This document shows, piece by piece, positions 19,169 to 28,526 of a stretch of DNA of 36,393 nt (its first letter is position 1; each line of letters begins with the position of its first letter). Made by a program: the position numbers and the translations under genes. Under the pieces are notes generated by a model. The model had not been told where the DNA came from, did not search any database, and was given only the letters and a program-made list of their open reading frames with translations. Source of the DNA: a virus; UHGV virus genome UHGV-0268593; one strand, written 5' to 3'.

Positions 19169-19787
19169 ACGATGCCTCCTTAAATTTTTCCTGAAATGCC
19201 TTTATTCGTACAATGTTCCCCGTACACTCTTCTGGGATCTGCCCGTAAAATATAATCTTAGTCGGATGCAACTTCTTAACCATTTCTTTGTATCCGGCAA
19301 GAAATAGTTCCCGGCTCTTTTTATTTTGCATGCACCCCACACTGGATACTGCCACCGTGCCTCCTGTGGGCTCTCCATCAAAGCACCAGGAATATGAATC
19401 CTCTGTACTCCATGCGATCGTTGGGATCACTTTTACCCCGTACATCTGCATATAAGCACCAATCCAATGCTTTCGGTAATGATTAAAGATCTGAACAGCT
19501 TTCGGAAAATCTGTATAAAGACTAAAATCCGGAGTAAATACGTACTGAAACTGCTGAAGCATCGGTATATATCTATCCGGATCATTCCATAATCTTATAA
19601 ATTGATAGTCGTCAATAAAGAAATGAATGCTTTTCTTTTCTCTATCCTTACTTGTTGCTGCAAAATTGAATGGAATAAACTCTGTATCTCCATCAAAATC
19701 TACTGGCTTAAGTGTAGGTATCCCATACTCGCCCACACCATCAAATACCATACGTTCTAAATTTTCATATCTTTTCGGATCTCGCAA
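19155..19787 (-). CDS. Phage protein (DUF4417-like), first gene of the late operon
   Basis: 210 aa with TTG start and a GAGGTGGTGA SD. Confidence 0.45.
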   Translation of the reverse strand: MRDPKRYENLERMVFDGVGEYGIPTLKPVDFDGDTEFIPFNFAATSKDREKKSIHFFIDDYQFIRLWNDPDRYIPMLQQFQYVFTPDFSLYTDFPKAVQIFNHYRKHWIGAYMQMYGVKVIPTIAWSTEDSYSWCFDGEPTGGTVAVSSVGCMQNKKSRELFLAGYKEMVKKLHPTKIIFYGQIPEECTGNIVRIKAFQEKFKEASCDGW

Positions 19788-19814
19788 TCATTTCACCACC
19801 TCATATCTCCCTGC

Positions 19815-19843
19815 ATACAAAAAGACACCCTTTTCAGGGTGCC
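19815..19843 (-). terminator. Hairpin plus U-tract in the late-operon leader
   Basis: Stem CACCCT (19826-19831) and AGGGTG (19836-19841) with loop tttc. On the minus strand UCUUUUUGUAUG follows. Confidence 0.5.
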
Positions 19844-19931
19844 TTTGTACGGGGAGGATTCGTCGAAAGTATCCCAAGAAGCTTTTCACTTCTTGCATTA
19901 TAACTATACCATGTCCAAATTATTAATTTTA

Positions 19932-20342
19932 TTAATCTTTTATAGCTGCTACGATTTGTGCTATTCTCCCCTGCGTATACCCCGTCATCCTCGCCACCTC
20001 TTCTTGCGTCATATCATCCAGGTATATGGATTCCAGTATTGTCTTTTCCAATCCTTCCGGCAGTCCGGCTATGTAAGATTCTACGGTATCCAGTTCTGCC
20101 AGTACGGCTGTCTTCTGCCGTTCTTTCTCGCTGATCCGCAGCTTGATCCGTGTCGCTTCTGCCGGTTCCGGCACTTCCACGCTGATATGCTCCCGGATGT
20201 ATGGAAAGTCATCCCCGGATTTTTCCACCTTCCCCGATACGGTCGGAACGCTCTCAAGACGGTCATGCAGCCGTTCCAGTGACTGCTCAAGAGTCAGTAG
20301 TTCTTTCTTTCGCTTTTTGTATCGCCTTAGTAAGTCTTTCAT
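19932..20342 (-). CDS. Late-gene transcriptional activator (ArpU/RinA-like, sigma-70 region 4-like HTH)
   Basis: 136 aa with a C-terminal YLDDMTQEEVARMTGYTQGRIAQI HTH, placed just upstream of the packaging operon. Confidence 0.55.
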   Translation of the reverse strand: MKDLLRRYKKRKKELLTLEQSLERLHDRLESVPTVSGKVEKSGDDFPYIREHISVEVPEPAEATRIKLRISEKERQKTAVLAELDTVESYIAGLPEGLEKTILESIYLDDMTQEEVARMTGYTQGRIAQIVAAIKD

Positions 20343-20574
20343 CCTTGTCCACTTCCTTCCGTATCCTGTTTATGATATAATCACCGTCAACGTCCATATA
20401 TGCTCCGGCATCCCTCCGAAAGAATCTTTCAATGTTCATCTTTTCCCACTGTGCCTGACTGTCTTCGGGATTCCTCTTCAGCTTTTTCAGGACTGCCCGG
20501 TAGTCTCTCCCGGCTTTTTCCACGATCGCATGGGCAAGCCGGACATAGCCATCAATGTTCCGCTCCACCGGCAT
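20287..20574 (-). CDS. Hypothetical protein
   Basis: One of a run of co-oriented small ORFs. Confidence 0.3.
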   Translation of the reverse strand: MPVERNIDGYVRLAHAIVEKAGRDYRAVLKKLKRNPEDSQAQWEKMNIERFFRRDAGAYMDVDGDYIINRIRKEVDKDERLTKAIQKAKERTTDS

Positions 20575-20764
20575 CCACTCCCTTCTTCGTATCTACTCCC
20601 CACTTTTTCAGTGCATCCTCCACTGTATAATTCGGGTATGCCGGACGGCGGAAGTCCGCACTGGCTTTCCGATCCGGTGGATGCTCTGCCATCCCGGCAT
20701 AGTGTTCTTTCTGATTCTGCCGGATTTCTGCTGGACTCCAGCGTCTGTCTGTGCTTCGTTTCAC
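20552..20764 (-). CDS. Hypothetical protein
   Basis: Co-oriented small ORF. An alternative frame (20487..20804) is also open. Confidence 0.25.
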   Translation of the reverse strand: MKRSTDRRWSPAEIRQNQKEHYAGMAEHPPDRKASADFRRPAYPNYTVEDALKKWGVDTKKGVDAGGAEH

Positions 20765-21078
20765 GAAAAATCACTCCATTCTTCCGATGCAAGCCAATCT
20801 TCATATCCTGTATGTCCCTCGTAGCACATTTCCTGTGCTATACAATCGGAGCAGCATCTTGTTATTTTGCACAGCATATCAGCCAATTCCTTGTCTGTTG
20901 CTTTCTTTATGCGGTCGGCATTTGTCATTTTCTCAGCCATTTCATAACGCCTCCAACTCTTTTTCATACTCTGATTTTTTCTGTCGCAGCCACTCACACA
21001 ACTCTTTTTGGAATCGGAGCGACTGCCCATAATTGCAGGGAAATGAGCTGGATATGTGTAATCCATCCCCTTTCTCAT
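20761..21078 (-). CDS. Hypothetical Cys-rich protein (start probably at the internal MAEKM)
   Basis: The ORF carries CC..C...C motifs, and its upstream part overlaps 20942..21166. Confidence 0.3.
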   Translation of the reverse strand: MRKGMDYTYPAHFPAIMGSRSDSKKSCVSGCDRKNQSMKKSWRRYEMAEKMTNADRIKKATDKELADMLCKITRCCSDCIAQEMCYEGHTGYEDWLASEEWSDFS

Positions 21079-21166
21079 AGTCCTCAGTCAAGCTCCTAAT
21101 GCTTTCAATATCTTTTTCCAAATCTTTTGCTCTATTTAAAACGTCTTTAGTCATGACTTTCCTCAT
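20942..21166 (-). CDS. Hypothetical protein
   Basis: 74-aa ORF preceded by a GAAAGGATGAGG SD. Confidence 0.35.
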   Translation of the reverse strand: MRKVMTKDVLNRAKDLEKDIESIRSLTEDYEKGDGLHISSSFPCNYGQSLRFQKELCEWLRQKKSEYEKELEAL

Positions 21167-21303
21167 CCTTTCTACCTGTTTCTACTGGAACTTTCCTCTT
21201 GAAATGTTTCTCGCATCCCGCAAGATCGCAGTTGTAAAAATTCAATGGGTTTTCATTTCGGTGTAGCTGCCATAATATTTTCCTTTCAAATTTGTCGCAT
21301 GGC

Positions 21304-21618
21304 TTATACTGTTTCTATGTTTTTGAGTTTTCTTTGCAGAAGCTTGATTACTTTATAATATCTGTAATTCTGTCGCAATCCAATCTTTTTGACATATCGA
21401 AACTTGATTGTAAATTTAATATGTTTACAAAGAAAATAGTTGCAAAAATCAACGGGTGTCAGATGGTTCAGATGTTCAGAATCACCTATAAAGCCCATAA
21501 AGCCATTCTGTTCATCATAGCTAAGTGGCTTTGTAAATACATAGACGATGCTGTCGGTGGCAAACTTTTCCATATCAGTGAAGTCTTTGTTTGCCGACTG
21601 CCATCTTAGTCTGGTCAA
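21304..21618 (-). CDS. Hypothetical protein (doubtful)
   Basis: A TTG-start ORF in an AT-rich tract. It is co-oriented with its neighbours, but an opposite-strand ORF is also open. Confidence 0.2.
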   Translation of the reverse strand: MTRLRWQSANKDFTDMEKFATDSIVYVFTKPLSYDEQNGFMGFIGDSEHLNHLTPVDFCNYFLCKHIKFTIKFRYVKKIGLRQNYRYYKVIKLLQRKLKNIETV

Positions 21619-21910
21619 AAATATGTTATGGTCTTTTATAGGATTTTTTTTCTAATGTATTGCACATAGCATTTTTCTCCATTCTTCGAGTTAATCGGTT
21701 TTTTATTTGAATAAATTTCAGTTTACTGCGCCTATTCTAATCAATATCTGCATTATTTTATACTTATCACATTTCACGTGTTTACAATTTCTACATCTCA
21801 ACAGAGATGCTTTACTACACTCAATCATAAAATCGCTCCTCATACCAAATATCTGCCATAGCCCTTGTCAGTTGGACACCCTCCAAAATAGTGTATCGTT
21901 CAGCCTTTTT

Positions 21911-22096
21911 CTACTCAATTACATAATCTTCATCCAATAATGCAATATCTAAACCATTGAAATTGTAATCAGATTCAAACCAAGTGTGATTCGTTTTTAT
22001 ATACTGTATTGCTTTTTCTCTTGCAGATTCATAGCTATCCGCTTTTATTACAACTTGATAGCTATCGTCTGCAAACCTAGCTATATACAATTCCAT
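21911..22096 (-). CDS. Hypothetical protein
   Basis: 61-aa co-oriented ORF. Confidence 0.3.
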   Translation of the reverse strand: MELYIARFADDSYQVVIKADSYESAREKAIQYIKTNHTWFESDYNFNGLDIALLDEDYVIE

Positions 22097-22128
22097 ATTT
22101 TCACCTCAATCTCCCATGAAATCGTCAT

Positions 22129-22398
22129 TCAATCTACCTCGCATTGCTTAGCACCGGATTTCACAATCTCAATACATTTACATATTCTTTGGTATTCATT
22201 AATGCCATGTGCTGGTGTTCCGTCAATCAGTTCCATGTCTTTGAAATCTTCCAACATATCAACAACCTTGTCCACGTCATAGGCTGTTGGCTGTTCTTTT
22301 AGCATATCTTCAATATCGGGAATACAAAACTCGTATCCTCTACCCAGATACTTTGCAATTTCACCGCTTGTAATCTTGTCCACATCAATTAGTCTCAT
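22129..22398 (-). CDS. Hypothetical protein
   Basis: 89-aa co-oriented ORF. Confidence 0.35.
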   Translation of the reverse strand: MRLIDVDKITSGEIAKYLGRGYEFCIPDIEDMLKEQPTAYDVDKVVDMLEDFKDMELIDGTPAHGINEYQRICKCIEIVKSGAKQCEVD

Positions 22399-22582
22399 AA
22401 CTACTCCTCCTATTCCACATTTTTATTGCTCCATCTCTTGTATCAGCGTTTCCGGCTCGTCCGAAACATCTGCTGCATACCACCATATATCTCGTTCCAC
22501 CGCCCAATGCCTGCGGAGCTTCATGAGAAAACAGTTCGCCTTCTCTTCTGCAAAACGGGCATGGTTTTAATTCTTCCATCAA
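22385..22582 (-). CDS. Lar-family restriction alleviation protein
   Basis: KPCPFC...CSRC zinc-ribbon with a C-terminal WNRR, typical of Lar-family proteins. Confidence 0.55.
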   Translation of the reverse strand: MMEELKPCPFCRREGELFSHEAPQALGGGTRYMVVCSRCFGRAGNADTRDGAIKMWNRRSSYETN

Positions 22583-22920
22583 TCGTCCTCCTTATACAGT
22601 TCCGGCAGTGGCATCCAGGCAATGACCTCACACAAAATTGCAAACCCAGTGCGTGCATTTCTCCAACGGTCTGTATATTCCTCAACTGTATGACAAGCAC
22701 ATAAATAATTGCAGGAATTATGCCTACCTCCGATATATGCCAACACGGTTTGTCCATCTTCCGGCAGCCTCTCACTGCATGGAATCCATCCCGGATTCCC
22801 TAACTCGCCAACCTCTTCTGCCAGTTCATCCAGTTTTGCATGAATAAATTCTGATGGAACTCTCGTCAGCGTCCTGATATCTTCCTGTATTTCTTTCAAT
22901 GTTCTTTTTCTGCTCATCAA
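22579..22920 (-). CDS. DUF551-like phage protein
   Basis: Carries the WIPCSERLPEDG motif and follows a GGAGG SD. Confidence 0.45.
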   Translation of the reverse strand: MMSRKRTLKEIQEDIRTLTRVPSEFIHAKLDELAEEVGELGNPGWIPCSERLPEDGQTVLAYIGGRHNSCNYLCACHTVEEYTDRWRNARTGFAILCEVIAWMPLPELYKEDD

Positions 22921-23091
22921 TCATTCCTCCTTATCATGATCTGAATCCCAAGTTCATCTCTGATCTGCTCCAGTGATGTATGCGTAAGGTATTCTGCCGT
23001 ATATGTCTTGTTTGCAATCAATGTTCTGCTTAAACTTCATCATATCCCCCAATCTTTCCTTGGACCGGGCATACCGCCCAGCCATTCTTAA

Positions 23092-23931
23092 TTACCTTCC
23101 AAGTAGCTTGCTTTCCAGATCATCCATGTCATATCTCCGCCGTTCAAAGTTGTTATTATTCCTTACAGTTGTTTTCCTTTTTTTCTCCGAAGTGGTCGTT
23201 TTATAGAAACTTTTCCACCCTCCTGCAGTAGCTTTTTTCACAATCGCAATCCGTTCCTCTTCCTTGTCGCTCAACTTGATCAGATCCTCTCTCAGTGCCT
23301 GTATTTGTTCCGGTATCATCGCTCCGTAATTGCTTGAACGAACAAGAATATACATCTGAAATGCCTGTTCCAGTTCCGGGCTGAATCCTAATATATTATT
23401 TATATTCTTTACTTTACTTTTCTTTAGGGATTTTTCCGTGGAATTACAATCGTTATTCCCGGAATAACTCTCTTTTTTCTCGGATAAATCCCTAAAATGG
23501 GTACACTTAATAAAAGGTTCTGTATCATTTTTTTTCAAAAGCCAGTACCTTCCAACTTCTATCGGATTTTTTCTTGCCCGTTCTTTTACAGCAAGCTGAA
23601 ATCTTTTCTGTATTCCGGCAGAGGTCAAGACCTTGTCCGACTGAAAAAGTTTGTTATCAAACAGTGACCGTGACAGCAAGAAGTTCAAGACCTGCTTCGC
23701 CTTGTTCTGATCAATTTTTAAATCATCAGATATAATATACTCAAAATCATCATCTACCTGCAGGTAATATCCCTGCTTATATATTTCGCACAAGAGGTAG
23801 ATATAAAACACGATACCATCTCTGCCATACCTGGCTTTTAGTATCTTTATTTTCGGATCATCGAGGAAGTCAACATCAAGTGGAAAGTAATCCAACCCAT
23901 TCTTTTTTGGTCTTGGCACTGCTGCCACCAC
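23092..23931 (-). CDS. Replisome organizer / replication initiation protein (DUF4373-like N-terminus, DnaD-like C-terminus)
   Basis: DYFPLDVDFLDDPKI at the N-terminus and a YxxxIxxW DnaD-like region at the C-terminus. Confidence 0.6.
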   Translation of the reverse strand: MVAAVPRPKKNGLDYFPLDVDFLDDPKIKILKARYGRDGIVFYIYLLCEIYKQGYYLQVDDDFEYIISDDLKIDQNKAKQVLNFLLSRSLFDNKLFQSDKVLTSAGIQKRFQLAVKERARKNPIEVGRYWLLKKNDTEPFIKCTHFRDLSEKKESYSGNNDCNSTEKSLKKSKVKNINNILGFSPELEQAFQMYILVRSSNYGAMIPEQIQALREDLIKLSDKEEERIAIVKKATAGGWKSFYKTTTSEKKRKTTVRNNNNFERRRYDMDDLESKLLGR

Positions 23932-23939
23932 CTTTCCCC

Positions 23940-24380
23940 TTATTCTGTTGCTCTATATTCCTCCACCACGATATCCAGTCCCTCCTCGGCTGAATACGCT
24001 TTTTTTGCCGCAACAAATACGATCTGCGTATCATCCTTATAGGCTACTCCGTTCAGAGCGTCTGCTACAACTTTTACAATATTATCCACATCCGGCTTCT
24101 TCATGACATGGATCTCACCTTCCAGCATCTGCTGGGCTTTTTTCTTTGAGGTACTCTTCGGAGGCTCAAATCTTGCTACAATCCGGAGAGCCACCGGTAT
24201 ATCTTTGTCAAATCTTGTTCCTTTGGCAGCAGTGATATACATTGCTTTGATCAGATTTTCATATAATAAGTCATTCTCAGGAGTATAACTGATAGAATGA
24301 CCTAAATTTTTATTATAGACAGTTCTTGCTCTTGCCTTTCCCTGCGGCTTTCCCGGAACATGAAATGATACTGATTTCAT
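23940..24380 (-). CDS. rusA: RusA Holliday-junction resolvase
   Basis: GKPQGKARAR and KPDVDNIVKVVADALNGVAYKDDTQIV are RusA catalytic-core motifs. Confidence 0.85.
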   Translation of the reverse strand: MKSVSFHVPGKPQGKARARTVYNKNLGHSISYTPENDLLYENLIKAMYITAAKGTRFDKDIPVALRIVARFEPPKSTSKKKAQQMLEGEIHVMKKPDVDNIVKVVADALNGVAYKDDTQIVFVAAKKAYSAEEGLDIVVEEYRATE

Positions 24381-24484
24381 TTCTTCTCCTTTCTTCCCGC
24401 ACCGGATCAGCGTATCCGGTACAGGAGAAACATGATTTACAAGTTACGTGTGTGACATATGATCAATCATAAGAAAGTATCATT

Positions 24485-25237
24485 TTACGCAATAATCGTT
24501 AATCTTCCTTCTTTCAGAATAGAAACCTCTGCAAGCTCATACTCGAAATATTCTTTGATTTTCTTCATTGCTGCATTTTTCCATAAACCATTATCGGCTT
24601 CTACCAGTTTAAACATCGGCTCTCCACCATCGTCCCTGATACGGAACACATACAGGCTGGAAGGCTGCTCAACTTCCGAAAATGTACGATAAGGAACAAG
24701 TTTTACCGGATTCGGAACAATCACATCCGCTCTCTGTACGCCACTTTTGATCGTTGTTTTCTGAGATACGCCATCATCCGAATACGATGCTGTAGTTCCT
24801 GCCTGAATATTTCCGGACACTTTCATAATTGTTTCAAGGTCTTCGCTTGTAACAAAATTGGCCTGAAGCTCAATCAAAAAACGTTCCTGATCATAATATT
24901 TATCAAAGTGGAATTCATTTACGATTGCTTCACATTCAAACAGCGTTTCACGATGTTTTTCCTCCAAAAGTCCGGAATACAGCTTCACTTCTTTCGGGCT
25001 CACAATATGTAAGATCATCTTATCTCTCAGCTCTTCCGGCATCCCTTTGATGTAATCTACCAGTGCTGAAAGTGTATTAACTCTGATCGGATCAGCAAGA
25101 TCCTCTTTACCATACCGCACCAGACTTTTATTACAGTAAGTTTTTCCATCAATCGTCTTTACAATTGGATCCATGGACTCTTCTTTCAGCTTTGCCACAT
25201 ATACAAACGCATCTTTTAATTCTTCAAACATCTTCAT
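24485..25237 (-). CDS. Hypothetical protein
   Basis: 250 aa between RecT and RusA. I recognise no motif. Confidence 0.4.
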   Translation of the reverse strand: MKMFEELKDAFVYVAKLKEESMDPIVKTIDGKTYCNKSLVRYGKEDLADPIRVNTLSALVDYIKGMPEELRDKMILHIVSPKEVKLYSGLLEEKHRETLFECEAIVNEFHFDKYYDQERFLIELQANFVTSEDLETIMKVSGNIQAGTTASYSDDGVSQKTTIKSGVQRADVIVPNPVKLVPYRTFSEVEQPSSLYVFRIRDDGGEPMFKLVEADNGLWKNAAMKKIKEYFEYELAEVSILKEGRLTIIA

Positions 25238-25243
25238 ATCCTC

Positions 25244-25693
25244 CTATGCTTCTCTTGCTTTTCTCAAATCTACTACTTTATTTCCTGCATCCTGTGATCC
25301 CAAAATTTCTCCTGTCTCTGCATCCACAGCTTTCCCATCGATAGTCTGAACTGTTGATGCCTCCGGACCATGACTCATATCATCCATGGACATCTGCCCC
25401 GGAATCTGATTTCCGATCTCTGCTGCCTGTACCTCTCCGGTTACAAGGTCTTTTGCCATCTGAATTGCTGTAACCGCTCCAAGGGCAGGTGCCAGTGTCG
25501 TTTTTGACTGTATTCCGATTGGGGCAAGTGTACGATCCTGATTTGGCTTGAATCCAATGGTTACAGTAATTTTTCTCGCTGCCGTTGCATCCGTATTGGG
25601 ATCCTGAATATTTTTTGTAACTTCTTCAATTGCCCGGTTTACCTGTGCCGTAAAAGCACCATTTGCGAAAGTTTCTAAATTAATATGCTGCAT
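25244..25693 (-). CDS. Hypothetical protein (Ala/Gly/Thr-rich)
   Basis: 149 aa directly after RecT. It is not an OB-fold SSB by motif. Confidence 0.4.
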   Translation of the reverse strand: MQHINLETFANGAFTAQVNRAIEEVTKNIQDPNTDATAARKITVTIGFKPNQDRTLAPIGIQSKTTLAPALGAVTAIQMAKDLVTGEVQAAEIGNQIPGQMSMDDMSHGPEASTVQTIDGKAVDAETGEILGSQDAGNKVVDLRKAREA

Positions 25694-25711
25694 AGTTGGT
25701 CTCCTTTCCTC

Positions 25712-26632
25712 TTACTGCTGACTGAAAAATTCATCTTCAATATTCTTTTCCTGCTTTGCTGCTTTTCCATCCATCACCTCCTGAATCTCCTGCTCAGCTA
25801 CAACAGTATTCTGTTCGGGTTCGTTTTCCACATAATCTGTTGTGCCATCTTCGTGGATCACAGCCATATCCTTATCAATAGCATTCTGCAGATCAATGCT
25901 CATGATTCCCCACTTGCTGATCAGCTGGCGGAGCATCGTCTTCATGGCCATTCCGTCAAAATCTTTGAACCAAAAAGAAGAGTATTTCCATAAGTCCTTT
26001 TCCGGAATCTTTCCCTGCTCCAAAAGCTCCAACGATTTCGCACCACCATTTCTCTTGAATGCCTGGGAATACTTTTCTGCATGTGCAAGCATTTTCTTTT
26101 TCGACCAGTACATCGTTTTGCGGAATCCGTTTTCATATTCAAACATCGCATAATATCCCATGGCCGGAGTCTCTTCACGGATCACATCATCCTCGATCAG
26201 TTCAACCTCGATCTCCTCGTTCAGAGGATCATACTGGATCAGCTCACCTTCTTTGATTGCAAGAACATTTAATTTTTTATAATATCCTGAACGTTCTGCC
26301 AACTGAATATATCCTTTGTAACCAAGCTGAAACTGTGCTTCTTTGCATCCTTTCTTCTTATTATCAAAAGGAACCATGTAAAACTGACCAAGCTGTGGGG
26401 ATGGGGAAAGGTTCAATGCCTCTCCCAGTAATGCTGCTGACAAAATACTTGGATTCGTACATTCCTGCAGAGCCGGTGTAGTCTGAACTGCCGATACAAT
26501 ACTAGAAATGAATCTTGTACCATTCTTCCCACCAACTACACTGTTAATCTGCTTCTTTACTGCATCCTGCGTCAGGTAGGCTGCCATTCCTGTCTTCGTC
26601 TGTCTTTTTGCTAAACTGTTCTGTACTGCCAT
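25712..26632 (-). CDS. recT: RecT-family single-strand annealing protein
   Basis: 306 aa with RecT-like core motifs, adjacent to the YqaJ exonuclease. Confidence 0.8.
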   Translation of the reverse strand: MAVQNSLAKRQTKTGMAAYLTQDAVKKQINSVVGGKNGTRFISSIVSAVQTTPALQECTNPSILSAALLGEALNLSPSPQLGQFYMVPFDNKKKGCKEAQFQLGYKGYIQLAERSGYYKKLNVLAIKEGELIQYDPLNEEIEVELIEDDVIREETPAMGYYAMFEYENGFRKTMYWSKKKMLAHAEKYSQAFKRNGGAKSLELLEQGKIPEKDLWKYSSFWFKDFDGMAMKTMLRQLISKWGIMSIDLQNAIDKDMAVIHEDGTTDYVENEPEQNTVVAEQEIQEVMDGKAAKQEKNIEDEFFSQQ

Positions 26633-26635
26633 TTT

Positions 26636-27517
26636 TTACTCCACCTTTCCAAATTTGATCTGATGCCCGATTAGATACTCTCTCAAACCAAGCAGCTGCT
26701 CCCGGGTAGCCCATACACGAAAATCCATTTGAATCAGATCAGCCTGAGCTGTTTCTGCCTCGGCTTCCGCATTCTCTTCAACAACTGGAACACTGTCCGC
26801 AACCGGGGTCTCAACTGCAGGTTGTACTGCCATTTTCTGTTCCGCATCCTGCCTTGCCTTTTCAGCGGCAATCCGTTTCTGATCTTCCTCATACTGCTGT
26901 TTTTTCTTCTGAATCTCTGCCAGTCTCTGTCCTTCGGCAATCGCCTGATTCAGGTCCAGTGTCTTCTTATAAATTTCCAACGCTTCAAAGCTGAATTCCG
27001 GAAGACTGCTGATCGTAGCAACTTCTGTTCCGACCTTAAACAGGATATTCTTCATCTGTTCTTCAATCTTGCCAAGAGATACCGTTGCATTCAGCCATTT
27101 CGGATCCATGATTCTTTCCAATACAATAAAATCCTGAAAGCCGATGGTTTTGAAAAGCTCCTCGATGTCTTTCTGCTTCTGCTGTTTTCTCTTTTCTTCG
27201 ATTTCTTTCAGTTGTTCATCAATCAATCCGATCGGCTCATCAATCAGACCTGTGACTTCTTTCACCTGACGTTCAAAACGCTCATACGGCTCCATACACA
27301 ATTTTTTGATCCGCTTGCGTTCGTTCTCGATTGCCGTCTTTGCTTTATTCAGCTCCGCACGGTCCTGCTTCATATCCTTGGCTGCATCTTCTGTATAGGC
27401 GATATTTTTATATTCCTCCACCCTGGATGCCACCCATGCCTTTACCTCTTCGTAATTCCACTGGATCTCTGAAAGAAATCCTGATTCTTCTGACGGGTTG
27501 ATAATTCTTAATTCCAT
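26636..27517 (-). CDS. DUF1351-like phage protein
   Basis: 293 aa, coiled-coil-rich, between the exonuclease and RecT. Confidence 0.45.
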   Translation of the reverse strand: MELRIINPSEESGFLSEIQWNYEEVKAWVASRVEEYKNIAYTEDAAKDMKQDRAELNKAKTAIENERKRIKKLCMEPYERFERQVKEVTGLIDEPIGLIDEQLKEIEEKRKQQKQKDIEELFKTIGFQDFIVLERIMDPKWLNATVSLGKIEEQMKNILFKVGTEVATISSLPEFSFEALEIYKKTLDLNQAIAEGQRLAEIQKKKQQYEEDQKRIAAEKARQDAEQKMAVQPAVETPVADSVPVVEENAEAEAETAQADLIQMDFRVWATREQLLGLREYLIGHQIKFGKVE

Positions 27518-27537
27518 GCTGTTCCTCCTTGATTTTT

Positions 27538-28215
27538 TTATATTTCAGGAAGTATGAGGGGCGGCTTTCTGCCACTCTCTACATAATTCCAGAATTTCGT
27601 TTCCTCTCTGAGCAGCATGTCCAAATCATCTTGAACGTCTGCCCGTTCTATATGGTAATGTTTTACCGTTGTACGCTTCTCTCCACCCCACTCTGTCCTC
27701 AGGTGGGCACACAATTCAACGAATTCATATCCTGTTACAAGTAAATAGTGCAGAACCTGTATGTAATAGTTGTCCGGGATCCGGTCTCTCCACTTTTCTT
27801 TCTGCATACTCTGCAGGATATTTGTAGTCTTGATCTCAAGAATTCCTCTTCTGCCATCCTGATCTGTCAGCTCCCCATCCAGTGAAGCCTGCATGAATGG
27901 ATGCTGAATGCTTCTCAGGATTCTGAATTCATGATGTTCCACTTCATATTCAGGATAATCTAATTTAAACAGCTCCCTGATTGGCTGTTCTGCGTACTTT
28001 CCATAAATCACACAGGCTTTTCCTGAGATATCCTCGGGAATCCGTCTCCCAGTCTTCTCTTCAAACAGATCAATATTGCTTTTATATGGATTCATCCCTA
28101 CTACAGCACTGGCATCACTTCCACCGATCCCGTTCATTCTTCCATTCAGCCAGTCTGTTTCATCCTTGAAATCAAAGATTTCAAATGGACTGCCCATTGC
28201 CATATCCTCCTCCAT
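27538..28215 (-). CDS. YqaJ-like (lambda Exo family, PD-(D/E)XK) exonuclease
   Basis: GIGGSDASAV and the downstream EIK motif are characteristic of YqaJ viral recombinase nucleases. Confidence 0.8.
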   Translation of the reverse strand: MEEDMAMGSPFEIFDFKDETDWLNGRMNGIGGSDASAVVGMNPYKSNIDLFEEKTGRRIPEDISGKACVIYGKYAEQPIRELFKLDYPEYEVEHHEFRILRSIQHPFMQASLDGELTDQDGRRGILEIKTTNILQSMQKEKWRDRIPDNYYIQVLHYLLVTGYEFVELCAHLRTEWGGEKRTTVKHYHIERADVQDDLDMLLREETKFWNYVESGRKPPLILPEI

Positions 28216-28283
28216 TTGTTATTATTATGTTGGTTATTTTTCTAAGTGCCTGAGAGGTTGCCGCCTCGCTACGGCACTTTTTT

Positions 28284-28445
28284 TCATGTCTGCCCGAAAG
28301 CAACACAGCAGACCATTAATGCGATGCTGAACCCGATCACGAACCAAAAGGCTCGTTCAACAATCTTGTCGTATGTATCCGGCTGTCTTACCGGTTCTTT
28401 TGTCTGCTTTCTCTTCCTGATCTGAATTACCTTTAACTGCTCCAC
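28284..28445 (-). CDS. Small membrane protein (53 aa)
   Basis: GTG start with an AAAGGAGGTGA SD and a C-terminal hydrophobic helix. It is too short to appear in the ORF track. Confidence 0.4.
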   Translation of the reverse strand: MEQLKVIQIRKRKQTKEPVRQPDTYDKIVERAFWFVIGFSIALMVCCVAFGQT

Positions 28446-28526
28446 GTTTCTCACCTCCTTTAAATGATGTGCAGATACCTCTGTGTCGTTCCATGCAGTA
28501 TCTGATTTTTCTGCAGTCTTTGCAGG

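Noticed and set aside
19897-19918. Sigma-A late promoter (TTGGAC ... TATAAT on the minus strand) upstream of the leader hairpins
   Set aside because: The spacer is only 10 nt, so this is not a functional -35/-10 pair. The late promoter is probably activator-dependent and cannot be read from sequence.
20143-21099. 318-aa plus-strand ORF spanning the late-regulator region
   Set aside because: Its composition is low-complexity (Ser/Cys/Phe/Leu-rich). It is antisense to a run of co-oriented minus-strand genes and has no SD, so it is probably an open-frame artefact.
21292-21609. 105-aa plus-strand ORF in the AT-rich tract
   Set aside because: It is Phe/Cys/Ile-rich with no SD. It is the mirror of an equally weak minus-strand ORF, and the region is probably noncoding.
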